Assembly: GCF_001545095.1 (NCBI RefSeq)
Contig: NZ_CP013213.1
Span: 240,001-272,000 of the forward strand
Source of the DNA: Erysipelothrix larvae
GTDB lineage: Bacteria; Bacillota_I; Bacilli_A; Erysipelotrichales; Erysipelotrichaceae
Direction: 5' to 3'
Length of the DNA stretch: 32,000 bases
Shown: positions 18,487-26,535 of the stretch, piece by piece
How the letters are laid out: each line of letters begins with the position of its first letter
Position numbering within the stretch: position 1 is the first letter of the stretch
Notes under the pieces: generated by a model
Databases searched by the model: none
Told to the model about the DNA's origin: nothing
The model's input: the letters and a program-made list of their open reading frames with translations, nothing else
Position numbers and translations under genes: made by a program

Positions 18487-19458
18487 ATGCGCAGAGTTCA
18501 TGTTGATGAAGATGATGTAACACGGATGAGTCTTTTTGAGAAGGCAAAAATTTTAAGAAAGCAAAATCGTATCTTAATTTGGTATCAGTTGATTGCTTTA
18601 GGCGTTTTTGTTGCGATTAAATTAATCGTGTCTCAGTATTTAGTTAATGAAAATCATAATTGGATCAGTGGCGAACTCAGTGAACTCGAACTTGATGTAT
18701 GGCTTAGTATTGGTGGAATGCTTGTTGGAATTGGATACGTCTTTATTGTGAAGCACACTCAGAGGTATCAGTGGTGGAATGAGCGTCCCCAAACAATGAA
18801 TGTTGTTTCGTTTTTGAAAATACTCACAGTGATGGGTGGACTTCATTTAATTACGACTGTTGTACTTACGGTAATCGAGTATCTATGCAATACCTTTGGA
18901 TATTCTATCTATGTGGACCTCATTATTTTTGATGAGGTTTTATTTAGCATTCCATTAATGCTGGGAGGGATAATCATTGCGCCACTGGGTGAAGAATTAT
19001 TGTTTCGGGATGTGTTCATCAATCCAATTATTCGATTTGGGAAAGTATTTGCAATCGTCGCATCATCAATCATGTTTTCTTTGATTCATGGAAATATCCC
19101 ACAATCTGTCAATGCTTTTTTTATTGGAATTGTACTGGGATATGTGGCGATAGAATATTCAGTAGGGTGGGCAATGATTTATCACTTTATTAACAATGCA
19201 ATACTGAGTTATGCTTTTACATACCTCATATCCAGATATCGTGTAGAACAAAGGCAAAGCATCAGTTTTTACTTTGAACTGACTCTGTTTTTCATTGGTT
19301 TATACTTCGTTTTGAAACACAGTCATGATATCAAAATGTACATCAGAGATAATAAGACCCATCAGGGAAGCCATTTATATATGTTTGTTTCAATTAGTGG
19401 AATGCTCCTAATCCTTATGGGTATTCTTTCGATGGTATTATTAGTTGGAAAGCGATAA
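18487..19458 (+). CDS. CPBP-family intramembrane glutamic endopeptidase (CAAX protease/Abi-like)
   Basis: Motifs GEELLFRD, FSLIHGN and HFINN in a polytopic membrane protein. The start is uncertain (ATG 18487 after GGGGGAA, or TTG 18463). Confidence 0.88.
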   Translation: MRRVHVDEDDVTRMSLFEKAKILRKQNRILIWYQLIALGVFVAIKLIVSQYLVNENHNWISGELSELELDVWLSIGGMLVGIGYVFIVKHTQRYQWWNERPQTMNVVSFLKILTVMGGLHLITTVVLTVIEYLCNTFGYSIYVDLIIFDEVLFSIPLMLGGIIIAPLGEELLFRDVFINPIIRFGKVFAIVASSIMFSLIHGNIPQSVNAFFIGIVLGYVAIEYSVGWAMIYHFINNAILSYAFTYLISRYRVEQRQSISFYFELTLFFIGLYFVLKHSHDIKMYIRDNKTHQGSHLYMFVSISGMLLILMGILSMVLLVGKR

Positions 19459-19502
19459 AGCATTCCATTTTATCAATCAATTTTAAAGCCTATCTATCCA
19501 TG

Positions 19503-19538
19503 GACTCAATGATCAAACCTTATTGAGTCTTTTCTTTT
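19503..19538 (+). terminator. Rho-independent terminator after the CPBP gene
   Basis: GACTCAAT-gatcaaacctt-ATTGAGTC followed by TTTTCTTTT. Confidence 0.75.
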
Positions 19539-19764
19539 GAGGTGTCATACTACTGGAAATTAGGCCTAATACACGCATTAAATATTTATAACATAACGCT
19601 TGAAAATGGCGATAATTTTGGTGAAGTGGGAATGGGTAATGAAAGTTAACTAAAACATTATAACAATATGTATGGTATTTTTTTGAGTACTCAAATATAT
19701 AAGAAATCTATGACCATACTAATGTTAAATAATTATTTTAAAACGATACAAAAATTTTTTTATC

Positions 19765-19773
19765 TGCTAGAAT
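19765..19773 (+). promoter_or_regulatory. Extended -10 promoter of capsule locus 1
   Basis: TGCTAGAAT, with GATACA 17 nt upstream as a weak -35. The identical ATCTGCTAGAATTT recurs at 30348-30361. Confidence 0.6.
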
Positions 19774-19795
19774 TTTCATGTAATCAAATATGTTT

Positions 19796-19833
19796 ATGTG
19801 GCAATGGGGGAATTTTCATTGGGGTAGTGCCAT
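19796..19833 (+). promoter_or_regulatory. Conserved leader hairpin with an ops-like GGGGTAGTG
   Basis: ATGTGGCAATGGGGGAATTTTCATTGGGGTAGTGCCAT. The stem GTGGCA/TGCCAT encloses a G-rich loop. It is nearly identical to 30383-30419 and lies the same 23 nt from the -10 element. Confidence 0.6.
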
Positions 19834-19910
19834 AGAACTCATAAAGAGTGATTCTTTATCATTTACACGCTGTGAGATACTTATACGGCGTTCTTTATAC
19901 TACTCATAAA

Positions 19911-19996
19911 ACGTGATTCTACCTGGAAGGTGTTGATTGATATAATGCGTCCTGCATTTTTATCAAATCCTGGCCACTTAAGAATCGCGTTTTTTG
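19911..19996 (+). terminator. Leader-internal terminator-like structure (candidate attenuator)
   Basis: ACGTGATTCT (19911-19920) pairs with AGAATCGCGT (19981-19990) over 10 bp with one G-U pair, followed by a T-run. The loop holds an AATGC-gtcct-GCATT hairpin. Confidence 0.5.
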
Positions 19997-20092
19997 CTTA
20001 TGAAATATTACGAAACCTGTGAGAGTGGTTAGTCATAACAATACGAGATTATTGAAGGATTCTCATTGTCACAATGAGAGTAGGAGGAAAGT

Positions 20093-20815
20093 GTGGAACC
20101 AACTAGAGATTTATTGACAGATCAAGAAGATGATTTGAGTTTTGTGGAATTATACGAAGCCATCAAAAAGAAGATGATACTGATTTTGATCGTTGGACTT
20201 ATATGTGGGGGATGTGCATTTGGGTTTGCATCGGTGTTCATTCGCCCGATTTACGAAAGCAGTGCAATTTTGATTGTGAACAATCGAAGGGATGAATCAA
20301 ATCAAGCAATTACTTACGATGAAATTACATCAGCACAAAATCTAGCACCTGTCTATAGCATAATAATCAAAAGTAATATCGTCATGGGAAGACTCATCGA
20401 GAACTTGTCATTGGATATGACAACCAATGAATTAGCGTCCAAAGTGACCGTATCAGCAATTGATAAAACACAGGTTATTAATGTTGCAGTAAGGGATGAG
20501 AATCCAAACAATGCATTACTTTACATACAAGAAATTGTTGAAGTTGCACCTGAAATAATAGTAGAACTCGTTGAAGCAGGTTCGGTTGGCGTAGCATCTA
20601 TTCCACAGCTTCCGATTAATCCAGTATCACCAAACGTAAAAATGATTACAATTATGGCGTTTGTTTTTGGTGTGATGATATCAATTGGGGTTGTTCTATT
20701 AGGTCATATCTTAGACAGAACCTATCGGTTACCAGAACCTCTGGAGAAAGAACTGGGGATTCCAGTTATTGGAATAATTCCAAATTTTGAACAAGTAAGT
20801 CGAGGATTACGTTGA
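20093..20815 (+). CDS. Wzz/CpsC/CapA-like polysaccharide chain-length determinant (BY-kinase transmembrane modulator)
   Basis: 240 aa with two TM helices flanking an extracytoplasmic domain and the C-terminal VIGIIPNF kinase-activating tail. GTG start 5 nt after AGGAGG. Confidence 0.9.
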   Translation: MEPTRDLLTDQEDDLSFVELYEAIKKKMILILIVGLICGGCAFGFASVFIRPIYESSAILIVNNRRDESNQAITYDEITSAQNLAPVYSIIIKSNIVMGRLIENLSLDMTTNELASKVTVSAIDKTQVINVAVRDENPNNALLYIQEIVEVAPEIIVELVEAGSVGVASIPQLPINPVSPNVKMITIMAFVFGVMISIGVVLLGHILDRTYRLPEPLEKELGIPVIGIIPNFEQVSRGLR

Positions 20816-21540
20816 TGTTTAGGAAGAAAGTTAAGAAAAATAAACTGAATATTTTTGAAGGGACTCATATAATTCATGATGAATCTCCCTTCGCATATTT
20901 AGAAGGATATAAATCGTTGCGTACTAATTTAAGTTTTTTAACTTATGGCGGAGAAGTAAAAACGATTCTAGTTACAAGCAGTGTAGCACATGAAGGAAAG
21001 AGTACAATTGCGATAAACTTGGCACGCTCTTTAGCAATGGCCGGAAACTATGTGTTGTTAATTGATGGGGACTTAAGAGCACCAGTAATTCAAAAGTATC
21101 TGAAAATCACAAACAACATCAACAATGGACTATCTTCTGTACTTGCAAATAAGATTCCAGCAGAAGAAGCAATCTACAAGTATCCAGCAATGGAAATTGA
21201 AATTATGTTTTCGGGACCCATCCCTCCAAATGCGGTTGAACTGTTATCGAAAGGACGTGCTAAGCGACTTATTGGTGAATTAAGAGAACGATACGATTAC
21301 ATTATCATTGATTCTCCGCCTTCAGGTATCGTCACAGATGCAAAGGTATTGTCCCAAAGTGTGGATGGACTTCTGTATGTTGTTCGCCAAAACTTTGCTG
21401 AGAAAGATCTAATCAAAAGAACAACAAAAGATTATATAGCATCTGGTACGAACATTTTAGGAGTAGTCTTTAATAATTTCACACAAGATAACTTTGCGCG
21501 TAAGCGTAAGTTTAACAATTACTACTCAAGTGAAGACTAG
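20812..21540 (+). CDS. CpsD/CapB/YwqD-like tyrosine-protein kinase (BY-kinase)
   Basis: Walker A HEGKST, Walker A' LLIDGDLR and Walker B IIIDSPP. The C-terminal tail has only two tyrosines (NNYYSSED). Overlaps the modulator stop. Confidence 0.9.
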   Translation: MMFRKKVKKNKLNIFEGTHIIHDESPFAYLEGYKSLRTNLSFLTYGGEVKTILVTSSVAHEGKSTIAINLARSLAMAGNYVLLIDGDLRAPVIQKYLKITNNINNGLSSVLANKIPAEEAIYKYPAMEIEIMFSGPIPPNAVELLSKGRAKRLIGELRERYDYIIIDSPPSGIVTDAKVLSQSVDGLLYVVRQNFAEKDLIKRTTKDYIASGTNILGVVFNNFTQDNFARKRKFNNYYSSED

Positions 21541-21560
21541 CGTGATGACTTAAAAAAGAA

Positions 21561-21779
21561 ATGATCATAGAGACTAAAACACACATTATGGTAGATCAAT
21601 AAATCGAGATATATATATCAAAAGACCATGTTGAAAAAAATTGCACTGCATGGATAGGCGATGGGTGATAGCCCAAACAAGCACTTTGAAACTATAAGGA
21701 AGAACGTTGATTTCCCGGGTTATATCTTTTTGATTTAAAGATTATGACTCCCGTAAAGCATGTTCACATTAAGCGTTAA
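21561..21779 (+). pseudogene. Heavily eroded remnant of a PHP-family phosphotyrosine phosphatase (CpsB/CapC)
   Basis: Short collinear matches in different frames: MIIETKTHIM (cf. MIDIHSHI), HFETIRKNV, GYIFLI and TPVKHVHIKR (cf. TPVIAHIERY). The 370-nt gap is about half the length of an intact gene and full of stops. Confidence 0.4.
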
Positions 21780-21911
21780 TCTGGTCAGTATGGAAGGGGA
21801 AAAATACTGATACAGTGAAAAAAATAAGAGTTTTGAAATGTGCATTCCATGATGAAACCCTTATAAAGTGAAAGAATATTTGGAAGTTATTATTAAAGGT
21901 GGAACTAAAAA

Positions 21912-23771
21912 ATGAAGTACAAAATTATAACAACGATCATATTGGGGATTGATTTACTGACTGTATGGTTTGGATACATTCTTTCCTATTGGATACACAC
22001 AGATAGCTCAGTTACATTTTCAATTGCACTTGATGACATGCTTCGTGTTACACCCTATCTATTACTCATCTATTTCGTAGCATTCGCTATGTTACGGTTA
22101 TATCATACATTGTTAAGAGATGTCAGTGTTAATGTAGGCGTTAACATTGTAATTGCAACGATCATCGCTACTGCCTCGACAATTCTATTGCGTGAATATA
22201 CAGCAATCATAAGAAGCTTACCGATGAACACGATACTCATAAGTTTCTTTGTCATCACGTTGATAATGGAACTGAATCATTTTCATTATCGAATACTCTC
22301 AATTTATAAGCGCAAAATCATTGTTCGCTCGTTTCAAGAGAGAATTGTAATTTATGGGGCAGGTAATGCAGGAAGATTAGCGCTAAAAGAGTTGCAGACC
22401 AATGACAAATATCAATATCGAATCATTGGATTTATCGACGACGACCCTCAACTCAAAGGTTTAACAATTAAAGGAGTACCAGTGTTAGGAGACGGATCCA
22501 TGTTGGGGGACATTGTGAAAAGACATCGCGTTGATCATGTAATCATCGCGATCCAAAGGACCAATCCAAAACAAAGGAAACAAGTTATCAATAAAGTGCT
22601 GGATACTGGTGTCGTAAATGTGTCCCTGATGTCTTCACTTAGTCTTGATAAGCCACATGCGCAAGCTTCACCAATTCGTAAGATTGAAATACACGATTTA
22701 CTTAATCGAGATGTAGTTCATCTTGATACCGATCATATAAAGGAATGCTTATTTGAACAATCGATTCTAGTGACTGGAGCGGGGGGCTCCATAGGTAGTG
22801 AACTCGTACGGCAAATCGTTAAGTATAACCCAAAAAGTATTGTCCTTTATGACATCAATGAAAGTGGATTATATCACATTGAACAAGAATTATTATTTGA
22901 CCAAAGACAGGGAAATATTCAAGAAGGAATTGAAATCGTCGCAATCGTTGGATCAATCAACGATAAAGAGAAACTGAGAAAAATATTTGCAAGACATGGA
23001 TGTAATCAAGTGTTCCATGCAGCAGCATACAAACATGTTCCACTCATGGAACGGACACCAAGGGAAGCGATTAATAATAATATTTTTGGAACAAAAATGC
23101 TCATTGACGTAAGCATAGAATTTAATGTAAAAACTTTTGTGAATATATCAACGGATAAAGCAGTTAACCCAACAAATGTAATGGGAGCCACCAAGCGTTT
23201 TGTGGAAATGATGATACATAGTGAAACGTGCATGAAGTCAAAGACGCGCTTTGTGGCAGTTCGATTTGGGAATGTCTTAGGTTCAAATGGATCTGTGATT
23301 CCGCTCTTTCAAAAGCAAATTGAACAAGGGGGTCCAGTTACGGTTACCGATCCAAACATCGTCCGATACTTCATGACAATTCCAGAAGCCGTTAACCTTG
23401 TTCTAGAAGCATCAACCCTTGCTAAAGGGGGAGAAATCTTTGTTCTAGATATGGGGAAACCTGTGAAAATTAAAGATTTAGCAGAAAAAATGATTCAGTT
23501 ATCAGGATATGAACTAAACAAAGACATCCAAATTAAATTTGTTGGTTTAAGACCGGGGGAGAAATTATATGAAGAGCTTCTTATGGATGAAGAGGGGCTC
23601 AGACGAACTGCAAATGATTTGATTTTTATCGCACAACCACAAGTTTGGGAAGATGAAGTCATCGAAAAATATCTTCAAATATTAAAAAATGCAACGATGT
23701 ACTGTGAGCCAAGGGAGATAAAACACGCATTACAATCCGTTGTAAGGACCTATGTATTTGAAGAAAGATAA
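21912..23771 (+). CDS. Membrane-anchored CapD/PglF/WbpM-like UDP-HexNAc 4,6-dehydratase
   Basis: 619 aa with four N-terminal TM helices and two Rossmann regions (IYGAGNAG and VTGAGGSIGSEL). FHAAAYKHVPLME is typical of the family. Confidence 0.9.
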   Translation: MKYKIITTIILGIDLLTVWFGYILSYWIHTDSSVTFSIALDDMLRVTPYLLLIYFVAFAMLRLYHTLLRDVSVNVGVNIVIATIIATASTILLREYTAIIRSLPMNTILISFFVITLIMELNHFHYRILSIYKRKIIVRSFQERIVIYGAGNAGRLALKELQTNDKYQYRIIGFIDDDPQLKGLTIKGVPVLGDGSMLGDIVKRHRVDHVIIAIQRTNPKQRKQVINKVLDTGVVNVSLMSSLSLDKPHAQASPIRKIEIHDLLNRDVVHLDTDHIKECLFEQSILVTGAGGSIGSELVRQIVKYNPKSIVLYDINESGLYHIEQELLFDQRQGNIQEGIEIVAIVGSINDKEKLRKIFARHGCNQVFHAAAYKHVPLMERTPREAINNNIFGTKMLIDVSIEFNVKTFVNISTDKAVNPTNVMGATKRFVEMMIHSETCMKSKTRFVAVRFGNVLGSNGSVIPLFQKQIEQGGPVTVTDPNIVRYFMTIPEAVNLVLEASTLAKGGEIFVLDMGKPVKIKDLAEKMIQLSGYELNKDIQIKFVGLRPGEKLYEELLMDEEGLRRTANDLIFIAQPQVWEDEVIEKYLQILKNATMYCEPREIKHALQSVVRTYVFEER

Positions 23772-24393
23772 TCATGAAGGGAATTTGTATAAAGGTATGA
23801 ACTATTTAGTTTTGAAGCGTTTGATGGATATTAATATTTCGGTACTGGGACTCATCATCTTATTCCCAATTATGGCGCTTGTTGCAGCAGCAATCAAGCT
23901 GGATTCTGATGGAACCATCTTGTTTAAGCAAAAAAGACTCGGAAAACACAAGAAAGAATTTTACATTTTGAAGTTTAGAACGATGACGACGAATACTCCA
24001 GATAATGTACCAACAGACCAACTCCAAAATTCACACATGCTTATTACACGCGTTGGTGCATTCTTGAGAAAAACCAGTCTTGATGAACTGCCACAATTGA
24101 TCAACATAATTAAGGGTGATATGTCAATTATCGGTCCACGCCCGCAGTTGCCAAACCAAATTGAACTCACTCAATTGCGTGATGATGTGAGTGCATTTGA
24201 TGTCTGTCCTAGGTTAACAGGACTTGCCCAAATTAGCGGAAGGGATGAACTGTCAAATGACCAAAAAGCGTGGTTTGATGGGCAATATGTTACCAATATA
24301 GGTCTTAAAATGGACGTGGTGTGTTTTATACGAACAATTTTTAAAGTAATTAGTAGTGATGGAGTTGTTGAAGGAAAAAAGAATCATAAGTAA
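23752..24393 (+). CDS. Initiating undecaprenyl-phosphate sugar-phosphate transferase (PglC/CapM-type small bacterial sugar transferase)
   Basis: One N-terminal TM helix, KFRTM, and the hallmark LDELPQLINIIKGDMSIIGPRP. The start is ambiguous (23752 or ATG 23797). Confidence 0.88.
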   Translation: MYLKKDNHEGNLYKGMNYLVLKRLMDINISVLGLIILFPIMALVAAAIKLDSDGTILFKQKRLGKHKKEFYILKFRTMTTNTPDNVPTDQLQNSHMLITRVGAFLRKTSLDELPQLINIIKGDMSIIGPRPQLPNQIELTQLRDDVSAFDVCPRLTGLAQISGRDELSNDQKAWFDGQYVTNIGLKMDVVCFIRTIFKVISSDGVVEGKKNHK

Positions 24394-24435
24394 TTGAATT
24401 AATTAACGCAACTGGATTAATAGATGGAGGATCGT

Positions 24436-25296
24436 ATGATAAATATTTTAATCACAGGTTCAAATAGTTATATTGGTAGGCAATTAGAATTATGGTTAAA
24501 CAAAACGAAACACAATTATAGTATTACACGCATTTCATTACGGAATGGCACATGGAAAACGATGGATTTCTCAAAGTACGATGTTATTTATCATGCAGCA
24601 GGAATCGCACATATCAAAGAAACAAAGGCGAACAGCGATCTCTATCAAAAGGTAAATCGTGACTTGAGTTTTCAAGTTGCACTTAAAGCAAAAAAAGAGA
24701 AGGTTCATCAGTTTATCTTTCTAAGCTCAATGAGTGTGTATGGCACAAAACAAGAAATAATTACCCTTGATACATTTCCAAATCCAGAAACTTATTACGG
24801 ACTCTCAAAACTGCATGCGGAGCAGTTGCTTGAATCTCTCTCAGATGAATCATTCAAAGTTGCAATATTGCGCCTTCCGATGGTGTATGGTTTGAACAGT
24901 AAAGGTAATTTTACAAAACTAAAGAACTTTGTATGTAAGTGCCCGATTTTTCCATATATTAACAACCAAAGAAGCATGATTTACATTGATAATGTGTCTG
25001 AAATCAGCAAACAAATTATTGATGACCAGAGTTCTGGAGTGTTTTATCCACAAAATAATGAGTATGTCGACACGGGAAATCTAGTTAAATTAATTGGCCG
25101 CTATTATGGTAAACCCATTATTTTGTCAAAGGGATTTGCAGTTTTACTTAGAGCAATGAAACTCCCAATGGTAAAGAAATTGACGGGAAATCTGGTCTAT
25201 GACAAAAGTATGTCTGAGTATAAACGTGAATATAGGGTATGTAATCTTGAAGAGTCAATTCAAGAAATCTCAAATCAGGAAATGAAGAAAACATAA
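24436..25296 (+). CDS. NAD-dependent epimerase/reductase (CapN-like SDR)
   Basis: ILITGSNSYIGRQL nucleotide-binding motif and catalytic YGLSK. ATG 24436 lies 5 nt after GGAGG. Confidence 0.85.
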   Translation: MINILITGSNSYIGRQLELWLNKTKHNYSITRISLRNGTWKTMDFSKYDVIYHAAGIAHIKETKANSDLYQKVNRDLSFQVALKAKKEKVHQFIFLSSMSVYGTKQEIITLDTFPNPETYYGLSKLHAEQLLESLSDESFKVAILRLPMVYGLNSKGNFTKLKNFVCKCPIFPYINNQRSMIYIDNVSEISKQIIDDQSSGVFYPQNNEYVDTGNLVKLIGRYYGKPIILSKGFAVLLRAMKLPMVKKLTGNLVYDKSMSEYKREYRVCNLEESIQEISNQEMKKT

Positions 25297-25322
25297 ATCA
25301 TGTTAAATAGAAAGAGAAAAAT

Positions 25323-26450
25323 ATGAAGAAAGTAATGTTTGTAGCAACGGTTGTGAAGCGGCATATTGCGGCATTTCATCTTCCGTACCTCGAATGGTTT
25401 AAAAACAATGGGTATGAAGTTCATGTTTGTGCCCAAAACGATTATGAAAACGCTGATGATTGTATCATTCCACACTGTGATGTGTTTCATGAACTTCCGT
25501 TTGAACGCAATCCATTCAGGACAGGGAATTTTCAAGCGTATAAGGCGATAAAGAGACTTGTGGATACAACACATTTTGACATTATACATTGCCACACCCC
25601 TGTTGGTGGAACGGTAACTCGGCTCGCATCTCGCAGTGCTCGAAAACATGGAACAAAACTCATTTATACTGCACATGGTTTCCACTTTTATAAAGGGGCC
25701 CGGTTGCTGAATTGGATTCTCTTTTACTCAATCGAAAGATGGCTTTCCAGGTATACAGACCTCTTAATCACTATAAACCAAGAGGATTATTTACGTGCAC
25801 TTCGTTTTAAAGCAAAGAAGGTCAGCTTTACAAATGGTGTAGGGGTTAATCTTGATGCTATAAATGGTATTACAATTGATCGAAATGAAAAACGGAAGGC
25901 ATTAAACATTCCTCACGATGCGTTTTGCATCTTATCAGTCGGAGAATTAAGCACAAATAAGAATCATCGCATAATCATTGAAGCAATGTCGCGCATAGAA
26001 TCGAAGCAATTTCACTATATAGTTTGTGGTGCTGGGCCCTTAGAATCAACACTTCTTGAGTTGTCGAGTGAAATGGGGGTTTCTGAGCGTATTCATCTCC
26101 TTGGGTATCGAAATGATGTCATTGAAATTGTGAAAGCATCCGATGTATTTGTACTTCCTTCAATCCGTGAGGGACTGTCTGTTGCATTGATGGAAGCAAT
26201 GGCAGAAGGATTACCCGTTGTTGTGTCAGGATGCAGAGGGAATGTTGATCTTGTGAATCATGGACATAATGGATTTGTTGTTCGCAATAACAACAGTCAT
26301 GAGTATGCTCAAGCAATCATGCGTATTCAAAAGTCATCGGAAGTACAGTCAAAGTTTATGAAAAACAGTAAATCAAAAATTCAATGTTATTCGCTCAATA
26401 ATGTTATGGAAGAAATGTCAAAGCTCTACAGTGAGGTAATGGGTTCTTGA
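25323..26450 (+). CDS. GT4-family glycosyltransferase (CapM-type-1-like subgroup)
   Basis: 375 aa with N-terminal VATVVKRHIAAFHLPY and C-terminal EGLSVALMEAMAEGLPVV (E-x7-E). Confidence 0.88.
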   Translation: MKKVMFVATVVKRHIAAFHLPYLEWFKNNGYEVHVCAQNDYENADDCIIPHCDVFHELPFERNPFRTGNFQAYKAIKRLVDTTHFDIIHCHTPVGGTVTRLASRSARKHGTKLIYTAHGFHFYKGARLLNWILFYSIERWLSRYTDLLITINQEDYLRALRFKAKKVSFTNGVGVNLDAINGITIDRNEKRKALNIPHDAFCILSVGELSTNKNHRIIIEAMSRIESKQFHYIVCGAGPLESTLLELSSEMGVSERIHLLGYRNDVIEIVKASDVFVLPSIREGLSVALMEAMAEGLPVVVSGCRGNVDLVNHGHNGFVVRNNNSHEYAQAIMRIQKSSEVQSKFMKNSKSKIQCYSLNNVMEEMSKLYSEVMGS

Positions 26451-26535
26451 TCAACAATTAATCGTATAAAGAGCATGCGTTTTTATAAAATGACGCACAT
26501 AATCACAGCATATTTAGTTAAGGGGGGAGTCTCAT

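Larger units (their letters stand above)
19761..21540 (+). repeat. Copy 1 of the paralogous module: leader + Wzz-like modulator + BY-kinase
   Basis: Collinear with 30348-32000. The proteins are roughly two-thirds identical by eye, and the leader shares blocks of near-identity. Confidence 0.85.

Noticed and set aside
19683-19694. Invertible (phase-variable) promoter flanked by inverted repeats. Candidates were the palindrome TTGAGTACTCAA in leader 1 and the AGCAGATTT/AAATCTGCT inverted repeat in leader 2.
   Set aside because: The repeats are short, not shared between the two leaders, and do not flank the promoter on both sides in the way known invertons do. No recombinase gene is present in the window.
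19790-19909. Trp-rich leader peptide (MFMWQW...) spanning the conserved hairpin
   Set aside because: An indel within the element shifts the frame between the two copies, so the downstream peptide sequences are unrelated. There is no Shine-Dalgarno.
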